Origin: Lama glama
Taxonomy: Eukaryota
Direction: 5' to 3'
DNA: 64,000 bases
Assembly (NCBI GenBank): GCA_028534125.1
Contig: CM052817.1
Span: 42,720,001 to 42,784,000, forward strand
Shown here one piece after another: positions 28,060 to 38,730 of this stretch. Each line of letters begins with the position of its first letter. The stretch's first letter is position 1. Below the pieces are notes generated by a model that saw nothing but the letters and a program-made list of their open reading frames with translations, searched no databases and was not told the origin of the DNA. Position numbers and translations under genes: made by a program.

Positions 28060-28345
28060 CCCACCCCCGCCCCGCCAAGCCCTGCGCGCGCGCGTGCGCG
28101 CGCACAATAACGTGAGGACCTCATTGGCTGCAACTAGGGGCGGGCTTCCGGAAGCCGCGTCTTAGCACCGCCTCTTCCGTCTCCCCGTCTGCCCGCCTTC
28201 CCGCCATCCAGCATCCACGGCATCCAGCCCCGCGGCTTCGGCCCCTGGACCCAGACTGCCAAGGCAAACAGGGTCCCTGGTGCTTGGCGGCAGCTTCTCC
28301 TCCTCCGGTCACTGCCGTCAGATCGGCTCGCTGCCTGCCGCCATT
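28060..28345 (+). promoter_or_regulatory. CpG-island promoter and 5' leader of NAA11
   Basis: Abrupt CpG/GC enrichment continuing into the CDS. GC boxes at 28064-28076 and 28137-28144, alternating TGCGCG... tract at 28083-28106, inverted CCAAT (ATTGG, 28123-28127), palindromic double-ETS GGCTTCCGGAAGCC at 28143-28156. No TATA box seen. Confidence 0.8.
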
Positions 28346-29041
28346 ATGAACATCCGCAGTGCTCGGCCAGACGACTTGATGAACATGCAACACTGCAACC
28401 TCCTCTGCCTTCCCGAGAACTACCAGATGAAATACTATTTCTACCATGGCCTTTCCTGGCCCCAGCTCTCCTACATCGCTGAGGCCGAGGACGGGAAGAT
28501 GGTGGGTTACATCCTGGCCAAAATGGAGGAGGACCCAGATGACGTCCCCCACGGACATATCACCTCGCTGGCCGTGAAGCGTTCACACCGGCGCCTCGGC
28601 CTGGCCCAAAAGCTGATGGACCAGGCCTCCCGGGCCATGATAGAGAACTTTAGTGCCAAGTACGTGTCCCTGCATGTCAGGAAGAGTAACCGGGCAGCCC
28701 TGCACCTTTATTCTAACACCCTCAACTTTCAGATTAGTGAGGTGGAACCCAAATATTACGCAGATGGAGAAGATGCTTACGCTATGAAGCGGGATCTCTC
28801 GCAGATGGCAGATGAGCTGAGGAGGCAGCTGGAGCTGAAGGGGAAGGGCAGGTACGTGGTGCTGGGCTCCGGGGAGAACCAGGAAACCCAGGGCAGCATA
28901 CTTCCTGGTTCCAAAGAGGCCTGTTGGGAGGAGAAGAACGCGGCTGCTGACGACAGTGGCACTGACAGCAAGGAACCCAGTGAGTCCACGGAAAGCACGT
29001 ACGTCCAGGACAGCTCAGAAGACTCAGATTCCACCTCCTAG
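28346..29041 (+). CDS. NAA11: N-alpha-acetyltransferase 11 (ARD2), NatA catalytic subunit; intronless retrogene of NAA10, 231 aa
   Basis: ATG at 28346 (context gccattATGA) gives [31 protein letters not shown]...; catalytic E24 (LPENY), acetyl-CoA motif [18 protein letters not shown], acidic Ser-rich tail ending [10 protein letters not shown]. Single uninterrupted exon plus [20 protein letters not shown] features indicate NAA11 rather than X-linked NAA10. Confidence 0.95.
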   Translation: MNIRSARPDDLMNMQHCNLLCLPENYQMKYYFYHGLSWPQLSYIAEAEDGKMVGYILAKMEEDPDDVPHGHITSLAVKRSHRRLGLAQKLMDQASRAMIENFSAKYVSLHVRKSNRAALHLYSNTLNFQISEVEPKYYADGEDAYAMKRDLSQMADELRRQLELKGKGRYVVLGSGENQETQGSILPGSKEACWEEKNAAADDSGTDSKEPSESTESTYVQDSSEDSDSTS

Positions 29042-29050
29042 AACCTGCTT

Positions 29051-29059
29051 AAGGTATGT
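29051..29059 (+). other. NAA11: 5' splice donor of a 3'UTR intron (AAG|GTATGT, intron starts at 29054)
   Basis: Near-consensus donor 12 nt after the TAG. Human NAA11 is known to have its CDS in one exon and an intron in the 3'UTR. Confidence 0.75.
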
Positions 29060-29369
29060 ATTGTCCCTTCCCTGACCCAGTCTCTTTCTCCCCTAAATTC
29101 CTGCACCACACCTGGGTCGGCCCTATTCTATCCCATTCTAGCTCTGCTGGGTTTCACTGTGAAAACCACCTGTTGACATTCGGGAGGAGTGTAGAGTGGG
29201 TTGGGGGAAACTCATTGCTCAGTATTGGAAGTTATAAGGACTCAATACTGAAAGTAGATTAAATTCAGTAAAGAAACAAGTATTTATCCTGTCTTTTCGG
29301 TATGAATTTTATTTCAGGTATCCACATAGTTAATGAAAGAAATTTCTTCTTTATAGAATGACAGCTAAT

Positions 29370-30245
29370 AAAGGCAGAAAGAATGATTGAATTGTAAAAT
29401 TGCCATTTTGCAACTCTTGATGAAATAATAGATCTAGCCAGTTGTCATCAGTAGCTAATAGGTGAAAAGTTGGAGCACTTTGCAATGATGGATCAGACTG
29501 GCAACATGTGAAGTCAATGTTCAACATCATGATAAGGGAGACAAATATTATGTGCCTCCTAATGCAACAGGAAGTGCACAGGGTCACTTAAGAAATATTC
29601 TTGCAAAAAGAAAATCTTATGTATGTGTGTGTGTATAAAATTCATCTCGAATCCAAACAAAGCTCTAGATCTATCATTTTTATTTAGAAAAAAAAAAAGA
29701 AGAGGGACATGTTAAGCTACAATTAGCCAAATCCAGATGAGAGAATTTGAACGGAACAAATGACCTGGTTTTTTCAACAAATAAACGTCATTTTTAAAAA
29801 TGGGAGGAGGAATTTATCTATTAAAACCACGTTTAGAGATATATTAACCAAATACAACCATTGTGGACACTGTTTGGATCTTGATTTAAAAAAACCAAAT
29901 ATAATACATTTTGAGATGACCAGGCATATCTGAACATGGACTGTATGCTATTAAGGAACTGTTAATAATTTTGTTAGGTGAGCTAAATGGTGTTGTAGTA
30001 TTATGTTCAAGTCCTTATCTGTTAGAGATACATATTGAAATAATTGGTTGAAATAAAACGAGGCCTAGGATTTACTTTAAAATACTCCAACCAAAAAACA
30101 GGGGGGCGGGGAGAGGTTGGGAAGGGGGACATAGATAAAATAAGAATGGCAATATGTAATAATTGTTGAAGTTGGGTGCTTGAGGGGTTCATTATACTAT
30201 TCTTCACTCTTAAATGTGAAAAATCAACATAGAAAGTCAAAAAAC
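29370..30245 (+). mobile_element. Ancient L1ME/L1MC-type 3' end in the predicted NAA11 intron
   Basis: attgccattttgcaactc...gatggatcagactggcaacatg...aaatattcttgcaaaaag...gggttcattatactattcttcact. Confidence 0.75.
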
Positions 30246-31604
30246 AATTACTGTTCTTCCTACTAAACACTAACACTAATACTAAGCGCCACTGAAAAGT
30301 AGTTTTAAAAGACTATTTAATTTCCATCTAAGAACTTTGTAACACCTTCAGAATTTCAAGAGTCAATTTAGAAACTTTAAATTCTAATCCTACTCACCTT
30401 ACACTCACATGTGAAAAAAGCAACAACTTTCTCATAACAAAGATGAATCATGAGTGACACACACTGTATATAATTAAAATAATTACTGTTTGATTAATTT
30501 ACTCATTCATAAAATTTTGTATTTGCCTGGCTTGGAGCTTAGTATACTCCAGTGATTAGGACAGGCTGACGTTTACATTATAGCATTTAAGGGTAAATGG
30601 ACTATATTTTTTGTACATTTTGATGCTGAAACCTCATCTGTATAGCAGACTAATCCCATTTTACTTTTATTCACTTATGGTTCCATACATTATAAAAATT
30701 TAGATACAGTAAGTTCATGAAGGTTAGAAAGAGCGTATCTTCAGAGGAGTCCTTCTTTGCATCTGTCATTTAACAACCAGAAGGTTTCACAGTGACCAAT
30801 TCATTTGGTCGAAGGTTAAGACAAAGGCAGCAAATCAGTCTAAAAGGGAAGATAAAATTTAACAAAACTTAATGCCTTGAGAGAAGTGTTGTCAGATTTA
30901 CCCCTGCCTAAAAATCCTGGAGGGCTCTATCAAGAATTTTTTTTTTTAATGAACAAGCCTTTAAAAAATTTATCAATTTAAAAAATATCTGTATAGAAGG
31001 AGTTGTGTAATATTGATCTCATCTTTGTGGTTATTGGCTTCTCCTCAGTTACTACACTCTACCTGAGAAAGATTTTAAGTAGAACAGAGCTAACTAGAGA
31101 TTAACACTGTATTTATATAGTTTTGTATATTACATATATAATTTGATGAATTCAAAAGCACTTAATATCTGCTATGAGAAACAAAAGTAACTATCACCCT
31201 AGTAGGGGAAGAGAAAATAATAAATAATAGTAAGAAAATTATTCTGTGGCAGTTATAAATCTGAGTGTCCAAATTCAGGAATAATTCAAATGTTTCTTTC
31301 TGTCACTGTAATTGAAGTTTATTTCTAAGATGAAGGAGATATTTACTTAACATCACTGTCCTTCTGGTGTGATATCTGCTCAGACATCTTCATTAGCCCC
31401 ATCTAATCTTTGGTCCTCACTATTCCCTTCTGGGTCATTTCCAGTCAAAGTCCTCTTCAGGTCTGGGATGCCCACTGCCATGTTTGGGCCATCTTGGTAG
31501 CAAGAATATTAGTATGCATAGGCTAATTGTTCTAAAAATTAACCTCCAAATCTCAGTAACTTAATATAATAACAGCTAATTTCTCACATCAAAATAGTAA
31601 TAAT

Positions 31605-31865
31605 CACTAGTAGCACTATGAGAATTCTAGGTTATAGGTACTATTCTAAGTACTGTGTGTGAATTATCTCATTTAATCCTCTTAATATTTCTCTGAAGTA
31701 AGTACTGTTACTTCAAGATGAGGGCTGCATATCATTCAGATAATAAATGGGATGCAAACTCAGGTGGCGAGACTCCACCATGGCAAGGATTAAATGAGAC
31801 AATCTCTATAAATTGCTTAGAACAGTATCTCACACACAGTTAAATATTCTGTAAATTCTAGTTCT
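31605..31865. mobile_element. Two adjacent MIR fragments in opposite orientation
   Basis: Minus: aggtactattctaagtactg...tctcatttaatcctc (~31635-31685). Plus: aggattaaatgagacaat...gcttagaacagtatct (~31786-31830). Confidence 0.65.
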
Positions 31866-33594
31866 TTATATAATCTGCAGTAATAGTAACCATTCAGGCT
31901 CTTTTCTTCTCCGCAGTAATCAAATGATAGAATGTTGTGTATGAGCAGCAACAGTTTGCAATCTTGGAAGGGAGACGCATCTTAATGATTAAAATAGCTT
32001 TCACTGACAAGCTGAATGTCAAAGCATTCAGCTGAATCAACGCTCATCAACAGCAAAGTTTCTAGGGAGCCATAGCAATGAAGACAGGTCAGTTCAAAAC
32101 ATGCTAGTTGAGGCAGGAGTGCCATCAAATTGATGCTTATCTCTTGACAAGAAATATGTGGATGATTAATAACAAAGAGGAGAAAAATGCAAAATCTTAA
32201 AATCTTCCATTGAGCTGGCAGTATTGAGTTAACCAAGGTTACTTCAGTGACTCTCCCTTTCTGGTTTATTCTTTCTGTCGCTAAGCTGTCATCCTAACAA
32301 AAAGTTGTTAAATGTTCACATGAGCATTCACTGAAATAGACTGTTCTTAATTTTACCAGACAACTAATTATAACTGGAATGATATAATGAAATATGGAAG
32401 AAAGTTAGAGACTGACAGGTCTGGTAAATTCCTAGTATAACCTTACCCCAGATATGCCAGAAACCATAGATTTCAAATGCAGCTGCACTCTACAAAGATA
32501 AAGAGGGGGTTGAGAAGAGATAAAATATTGTTTTGAAATACTAATCAGATAGATACGATTTTATTTAATTATTTATAATCTCTAACAATGTCACTTTTCA
32601 GTCAGTGTATGATACACATTTAGGATGACTGAAATACCAACTTTGTCAGAGGTAATGGCTAAAAACAGAGGCTTTTCCTAAATTTTGTACTCTGTCCATG
32701 CTAAGGAGCTTTACGGTAGCAGAGATAAGGAAGAAAGGCTAATAAAAATTCTGTGAATGGCAATGGTTCAAAGAGCTTTTCTGGAAACATTTTGCAATGC
32801 TATTTCTATAGACTAATATCCTCAGAACATCACAGGGATTTTTTTTTTAAAGTATAGTCATAAAATTCTGTTTTGTTTTCATAAAATCATGTTATCAATT
32901 AACATACTCCTCAGGCTGCCATTGCCTATTTTTAAAAAATCCTTGTAATGTAAAAATTTGAACTTAAGCTAATAAATTAAGGGCTATAATCATATTTTAT
33001 CTTTATGAAAAATTTCTATACCCTTAAAGAGCAAACTATCCTAGGACATTTATTACAATGTTATTTGACTTTTTAAAATTTAATGTCTTAAAACGTATCA
33101 AGCAATATTTACTGAGAAAACTAAAAGAACTATAGAATGTCCGGTTTTTATTTAATTTCTTTTGTGTGCCTCTCTTAAAAGTATTTGAAACAAATTGAAA
33201 AAGGTAATGATGATAGTCTTTCTGACCTATTCTCCCGTATCTTACTGCTCTTTCATTATGGCAAATATACTTTTAAAAAAAATGAGATTTTTTATTCTAT
33301 GCCTCTGACTGCCCTGCAGACTGATTGACTGTTCTTATTCTGGAAATGAGCTTTTCTGTAATTATGATTTTATACAAAAATGCTTTTTAACTGCTCTGTG
33401 CATAATAGTCAACCTTTGTCTTATTATTTTTGTGTGCATTTGATAGATGGGAAAAGGTAATACATCTCTATAGTTGTAAGATTCTGTTGTTGTTTTGTTT
33501 TGTTGTGTTTGTAGTTACTCAGTAATGGGCAGCAACACTCCACTAGCTTTTCTTTAACTTCTATAGTCCACTCACATATCACACAAACCTTTCT

Positions 33595-33700
33595 ACCTTA
33601 TTAAGGGTAGGGTCCTTGTCTCATTTGTTTCCTTAACTCCTGGCACATTATTCATTCATGGTAGATACTCAGTAAATATTCATTGAATAAAGAAAAGAAG
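33595..33700 (+). mobile_element. L2 3' end
   Basis: agggtagggtccttgtctcatttgtt...cctggcaca...gtagatactcagtaaatattcattgaataaa. Confidence 0.6.
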
Positions 33701-35024
33701 GAAGGACCTGCCCAAATTATCAATGCAGAATTTAAAAACAGAAAATGTACCTGAGGTACTACTTCCTATTACCTAATGTAATTAGGACATTTTTAAGTTA
33801 TGAACAGAGACATAATGGATATTTGGGTTTCATCTCCAGGTCTCATGGAAAGAAAATATGACTTACAGAATTGGACACATTGCATCTAGCTTATCAAGAG
33901 CTAAAAGGCCTTTCATTTCTTTAGAACTGAAATTTCTTTTTGAGTGGAGCAGGATGGGACAGAATTTGAAGATGACAAGAAAAGTAACAAGGTTTCTTTA
34001 GGTTTAAAATAGGATCTCTGGGGTAGATCTCGGCCTTCCCCTGTCCTCCCTCCTCCCCTTTCTCCTGGCAGAAATGGATTTTATGTGTCAGGAAAAGTTA
34101 CTATGTTCTCATGGCAAAGAGGGGAGAAAGCCCAGAACCGTGTGTGGATCTCTGTGCTGCCAGCTGGGTTCTCACTGGCTTCTGTGGAGATACATCTAAT
34201 CTAAACTAAGCGCCGTGTTAATCTGCTGCCAGAGTCTGTCATGGTTAAACCAGTATTTTATTCTTTCAGAGTGGTCAGAGCCCAGAGCCCTCTTTGCTCA
34301 CTTGCTTTCTTCTCACTTCTCACAGCACTGCAGGTCCTCGTGTCTCGGCCACACCTGCCCTCTGAGCCCTGGCTTAGCCTGTGTCTGCTCTGCTGCATCT
34401 GCTCTGGGGTCATCTCACAGTGACCCCAGTGGCTTCTCACTCTCAACTCCCAGCCTTCCACATACCCTACAGGGATCATGAAGGAATGCGTGGACAGAAG
34501 CCCCTGCTGCACAAGAGCCAAGGAGGTTTGAGGCCTGCCATCACAGAACCTTCCTTGGCCTGTTCACACGATGCCGCCATTTTATTCTGTTTGTAGCAGT
34601 TCTGTGTTGGGTGTGGTTGTCTTGCAAGGTTGTTTCTTCCTAGAATGCTGAGCAGGGAACAGGGCAAACTCCTGACGCTCTTCTGCTTTTGGGTTTTGCC
34701 ATTATTTGTCTGAGTTTTCATCCTGGAGGGGGAAGGCAGGACCATCAAGTCAGACCTCATGCCCCCTCCCTCCTCCTCCTCTGCCTTTTCTGACAGAAGT
34801 ATTCAATTTTCTCTTCCTTCCTCTGGGAACCCATCTCTGTCATGTCCTCCCCTTTCTTGAGGAGATAGTCTCCTTCTCCTTCCCGGTGGGGAAGTGGTGA
34901 GGAAGGGCTTCTGCTATGCAATCAGAACTTGGAGATTTTAAGAAAAGGACAACCAGTAATTAAATTGGAATATCTAATCAGCTTGTTTGTGTCAATCTGG
35001 TTTTTTTTGTTAGTGACATAACTG

Positions 35025-35230
35025 GCCATTTATTGAGAACCTGTAATTTTCAGGCATGATGCTAGGGCCTTTATTAACAATATATTGAACTCTCTCAGCA
35101 GCCCTAGGAGGTGGGTGTTATTATCCCTGTTTTGTAAATGGGGGACCTGAAGCTCAAAGAAGCAAAGTAAATATCTAGGATCTAATGCAAGTCTCTTTGA
35201 ATTCAAGGCCAGACTTCCTTTTCCTTTTCT
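35025..35230 (-). mobile_element. MIR SINE
   Basis: atttattgagaacctg...caggcatgatgctaggg...ttattatccctgttttgtaaatggggg. Confidence 0.65.
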
Positions 35231-36202
35231 ACTGCTACTTTTTGCATTTTATTTATAAAAGTGGGAAAATCATAGCAAAAAAGGAGACTCTACTATTTTA
35301 AAATATTAAGATGTTAAGTGTTGACTTAATACATGGCAGCTGTATGTCATTTATAAATATTTATATAACCCACCAGTATAATCCTGTTTACTATTTTTTC
35401 CCCAGTTAAAATAAGTGAAGACAAAGTGTTCTGACCACTTCTGACAAAGTGCAGTGAAAGTCACCAGACAAATCCAGAGTTATAATTACTTAATGTTGTT
35501 TTTATATTCACTGAATGTGAATTACCATAATATATGACATTTCTCTTGTTTAAATTTTTATGAAAACTAGTGTATATGGTTTTAAGTCAAAGTCCTGACA
35601 TTAACCATCTGATGACAAGAGATAAATCTCTTCTCTGTAATCATAATCAGCCCTGCTTAAGCTCTTCTTACAAATCTACTCTAAGAATACATTCTAAGAA
35701 TGCCTCTCTAATAGTAAATGATTGCCTGAGGCAGACATAAAAGTTTTTTCCTACACAATAAGGATTTTCTGTTTCCTGTGCCAATATAAACCTCTCATCT
35801 ACCTTACCATCTTTCCTTTTTTCTTTTTAATTTTCTCTCCCAACTCTAAAACTATTTTATTCCTTCCCCTCAAGCATGTGTTTATCTCTTCATTTTTAAA
35901 TATTACAGCTTTCTAACATCTGTCTCTAGGGCAGCATAATCTTTCTGATGAAATATTCCATGTTTTCCTTGAGCCCTTGTCAATATGTCTTCGTGTTAAC
36001 AGCTTAGCAGATGGAGAAACAGAAGGAGTAGCCTCAGCTTACCTGAATGATTGCTCTCCAGCACCAGGCACATTACTGTCTCTAGTTACTTGATGATAGG
36101 AATTGGAGTAATTGGAAATAAGAAATGATACCTGACTTTTGCAGTATTATTTACTAAACTGCTGGCTGCTTTTCCTTGTTACTATTATATCCTTTTCCCT
36201 AG

Positions 36203-37250
36203 GCTCATATCAAGAGGAGGGAAAATTATGGCAACCTACCTAGTTTGAACGGTGCCTTCTTAGATAAGTAAAATAAACAGTAATACTAATATTGCTTTGG
36301 GCATAAATTAGCATGTTCCCAAGTGGTTCCAGGGTAATAACGGTGATTTAGCAGCAGCAATAGTTTTCGGCAACACCGAAATTGTGGGAGCCTGTGATAT
36401 TGCTTTATGTAATAGCATTGTTCTTTTTACATAGGGCAAATTCTTCTTTTTTCTTTTTTTTAATTTAATAGACTGACTATTTTTTACTTAAGTACAGTCT
36501 TAGAGAGGCCAAAGCAGGGCTTTGAAGCAAGGATATAGGATAGTTAATGGTGAATACCCTTGGACTAACTATACAAAATGACCCACACCCCTCCTTGACT
36601 TGTTGCTTTAAAGAAACTACCTGGGTGGGCTCAGGTCTGTCAGCAGATTGTTCAGAAAAATTAATCATCGAGATGCAAAGTTTTCTTTGGCTAATAGAAA
36701 CTTGTGAATGACGTCTGTGAGTTACCTAGTTAGAATCTATGTGGTTTTCCCTTTGGAGATAAGAACAAGGGACAAGAGGTGACTGTCTAAATAAAAATAC
36801 TGGAGTGTGTGGATGTGTGGGAGAAGTGGGGCGTGGTGCTGGAAGTTAGTACAAAGCTGGGAAAATTTGGAAAGGATCAGGCCTCTGAAATAGCTGGAAA
36901 GAAGTTTTCTCAAAGTTTTATGTGCAGATGAACCATCTGGGGGATCATGTTAAAATGCAGATTTTGTTTCACTGGGACCTGAGTGTCTGCATTTTTAACT
37001 AATTCCTGGACAATGCTGATGTTGCTGGTCTAGGAACCACACTTTGACTAGTCATGATCTTAAAGCTCATCTCCAAACCTGGACCTGTCCAAAATACCTG
37101 TGACCAGCCTTTAGGTCAGTTTGGATTAGACCCTAAATAATTCAGAACCCCATTCTTAACTACACACAGAAATCCTGTTTTCTTTTTTGGATTCTGTCAT
37201 ACAAAGTTGATGGCCTAGTAATTTAAATAAAAATTCCAAATATGTTTAAT
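36203..37250 (+). other. NAA11: Candidate terminal (3'UTR) exon of NAA11
   Basis: Acceptor ...ccttttccctAG| at 36201-36202, branch-like TACTAAA at 36152-36158, no AG in 36145-36200. AATAAA at 36272, 36790 and 37226. The 3' end is uncertain. Confidence 0.4.
36903..37055. mobile_element. MER5-type hAT-Charlie MITE
   Basis: ttttctcaaag...catctgggggatcatgttaaaatgcagatt...ctgcatttttaac...gctgatgttgctggtctaggaaccacactttgactag. Confidence 0.75.
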
Positions 37251-37588
37251 CAAAATGTATAAAAAAATTATATGTACATGAGATGTATTGATAATAATTG
37301 AATTATATCCACTATATTAGAATGCTTTGATATGTTAATATTTCCTCATCTTTAACTACCAAACAAGTGAACAGTATATGAGATTTTTGAACTGTCACTC
37401 AATTTGTTGTGTTCATTGGTCCGTAGATTACCCTAGACACTAAGAATTTTTCTCATGCTGAACATTTGACACAGAATTTGAAATGAAAACTTTTTAAAAC
37501 AATTGTAGCATCAGATCTTTATGTGGGTTGAAGTGGTGTAAGAAACAATTTCAGGAGAAATTTTCCATCTGGGGATTAGAATTCTAGC

Positions 37589-37755
37589 CCAGGTTTTCTC
37601 AAAATATAGTTCATGGACCTACTGCATCAAAACCACCCAGGTGCTGTGTTAAAGATGCAGTTTCTTTGAGTCTAGCTCAGATATACAAAACAAGCCTGTA
37701 TTTTTAACAAGCCTCCAGATGATTGTTTTATATACTACCATCTGAAAATTACTGA
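37589..37755. mobile_element. MER5-type hAT-Charlie MITE
   Basis: ggttttctcaaaatatagttcatggacctactgcatcaaaaccaccc...tgtatttttaacaagcctccagatgattg. Confidence 0.65.
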
Positions 37756-38544
37756 CTGGTAAGGTGTTGAATTCCTCATAAAGGTAATTTGAAGGGCGCT
37801 TTTCCTGTGGTGATGCTCTCCAGATTTAAATTAATTTGTCCTAAGAAGCATTGTTTTTGGTCATTACTTGACCACCCATCCTTTCCCCAGTCCTCCCACA
37901 TCAATACCCCCCTCTCCTTTTCCCTAGCTTATCCTTCTGTTTCTCTGAGTTCTAGTCAAGCAGACAATAGCTACAATTTGGCCAGTAGGGGTGTGTAACT
38001 TGAAGAGTGAGAACACTCACAAATCCCACTTAAGTTTTCTTAATTGGTTCCCAGAACACAAAGCTCAAAAACTGCAATGTCCAGTTCAGAATCACACCAG
38101 GCAAGTCTGGAGTCACATGCCCTTGTACTGATGCGTCTTTAGCTCCTCCAATTCCATTGTCATCTGGGCGTCTGAACTAGAACTTCTCATTAACCGTACT
38201 TGGCTGAAAACCACTGAAACAGACCGAGTGACTTATCACAGCCCTTATACTTTTTCCTAGACATGAATGCCTCTTTGAAATCTTAAAAGACACAGATCAT
38301 TTCCTTGAGGCACACTTGAAGGGTTATTTAAACACCCTGTTTCCTTATATGGACGTAGGAATTAAATTTTGTGAAGTTCTGGGGGGGGGAATGTCCTTTC
38401 TTTATAAATCATACATATATTGCTTTCTGAACAATGATTAAGATAGATTTTGCACTTCTGGAGTAAGGTCATCACCTCAATGCATATTATAAAAGCTTAC
38501 TTTGAGAACATAGTCCTTAGCAAGTTGAGCAGTTTTTCACAGGA

Positions 38545-38730
38545 GGTGGCTTCATAGAGGAAGAAATCACAGAGCTCAGAGCCCAAAGGCTTAAATTTTA
38601 GTCCTAGTTTGGCTTATTACTACCTGGATGTCTTTTGGCATGTCAATCTTCTCATATACAAAATAGAGGAGAAAAACTTTCATGCCCCTGAGGTTATTGT
38701 GTAATGAAGCAGTGTAGGAAAAACTGCATT
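38545..38730 (+). mobile_element. MIR SINE (degraded)
   Basis: cagagctcagagcccaaaggcttaaattttagtcctagtttggcttattactacctggatgtcttttggcatgtc. Confidence 0.5.

Noticed and set aside
28280..28345. ORF-track start at GTG 28280 giving a 253-aa protein
   Set aside because: Homology to NAA10/NAA11 begins at MNIR (ATG 28346). The 22 extra codons are 5' leader and are kept only as a low-interest possibility.
28121..29034. Antisense ORFs of 145 aa (28121-28558) and 85 aa (28777-29034)
   Set aside because: Shadow frames of the GC-rich NAA11 CDS, with no recognisable domain.
28346..29041. Calling the gene NAA10 or a processed pseudogene
   Set aside because: NAA10 is multi-exon. This ORF is intact, has NAA11-type residues, a CpG-island promoter and a downstream splice donor.
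37981..37997. CTCF-like GCCAGTAGGGGTGTG
   Set aside because: Lacks the terminal GGC of the core motif; too weak to report.
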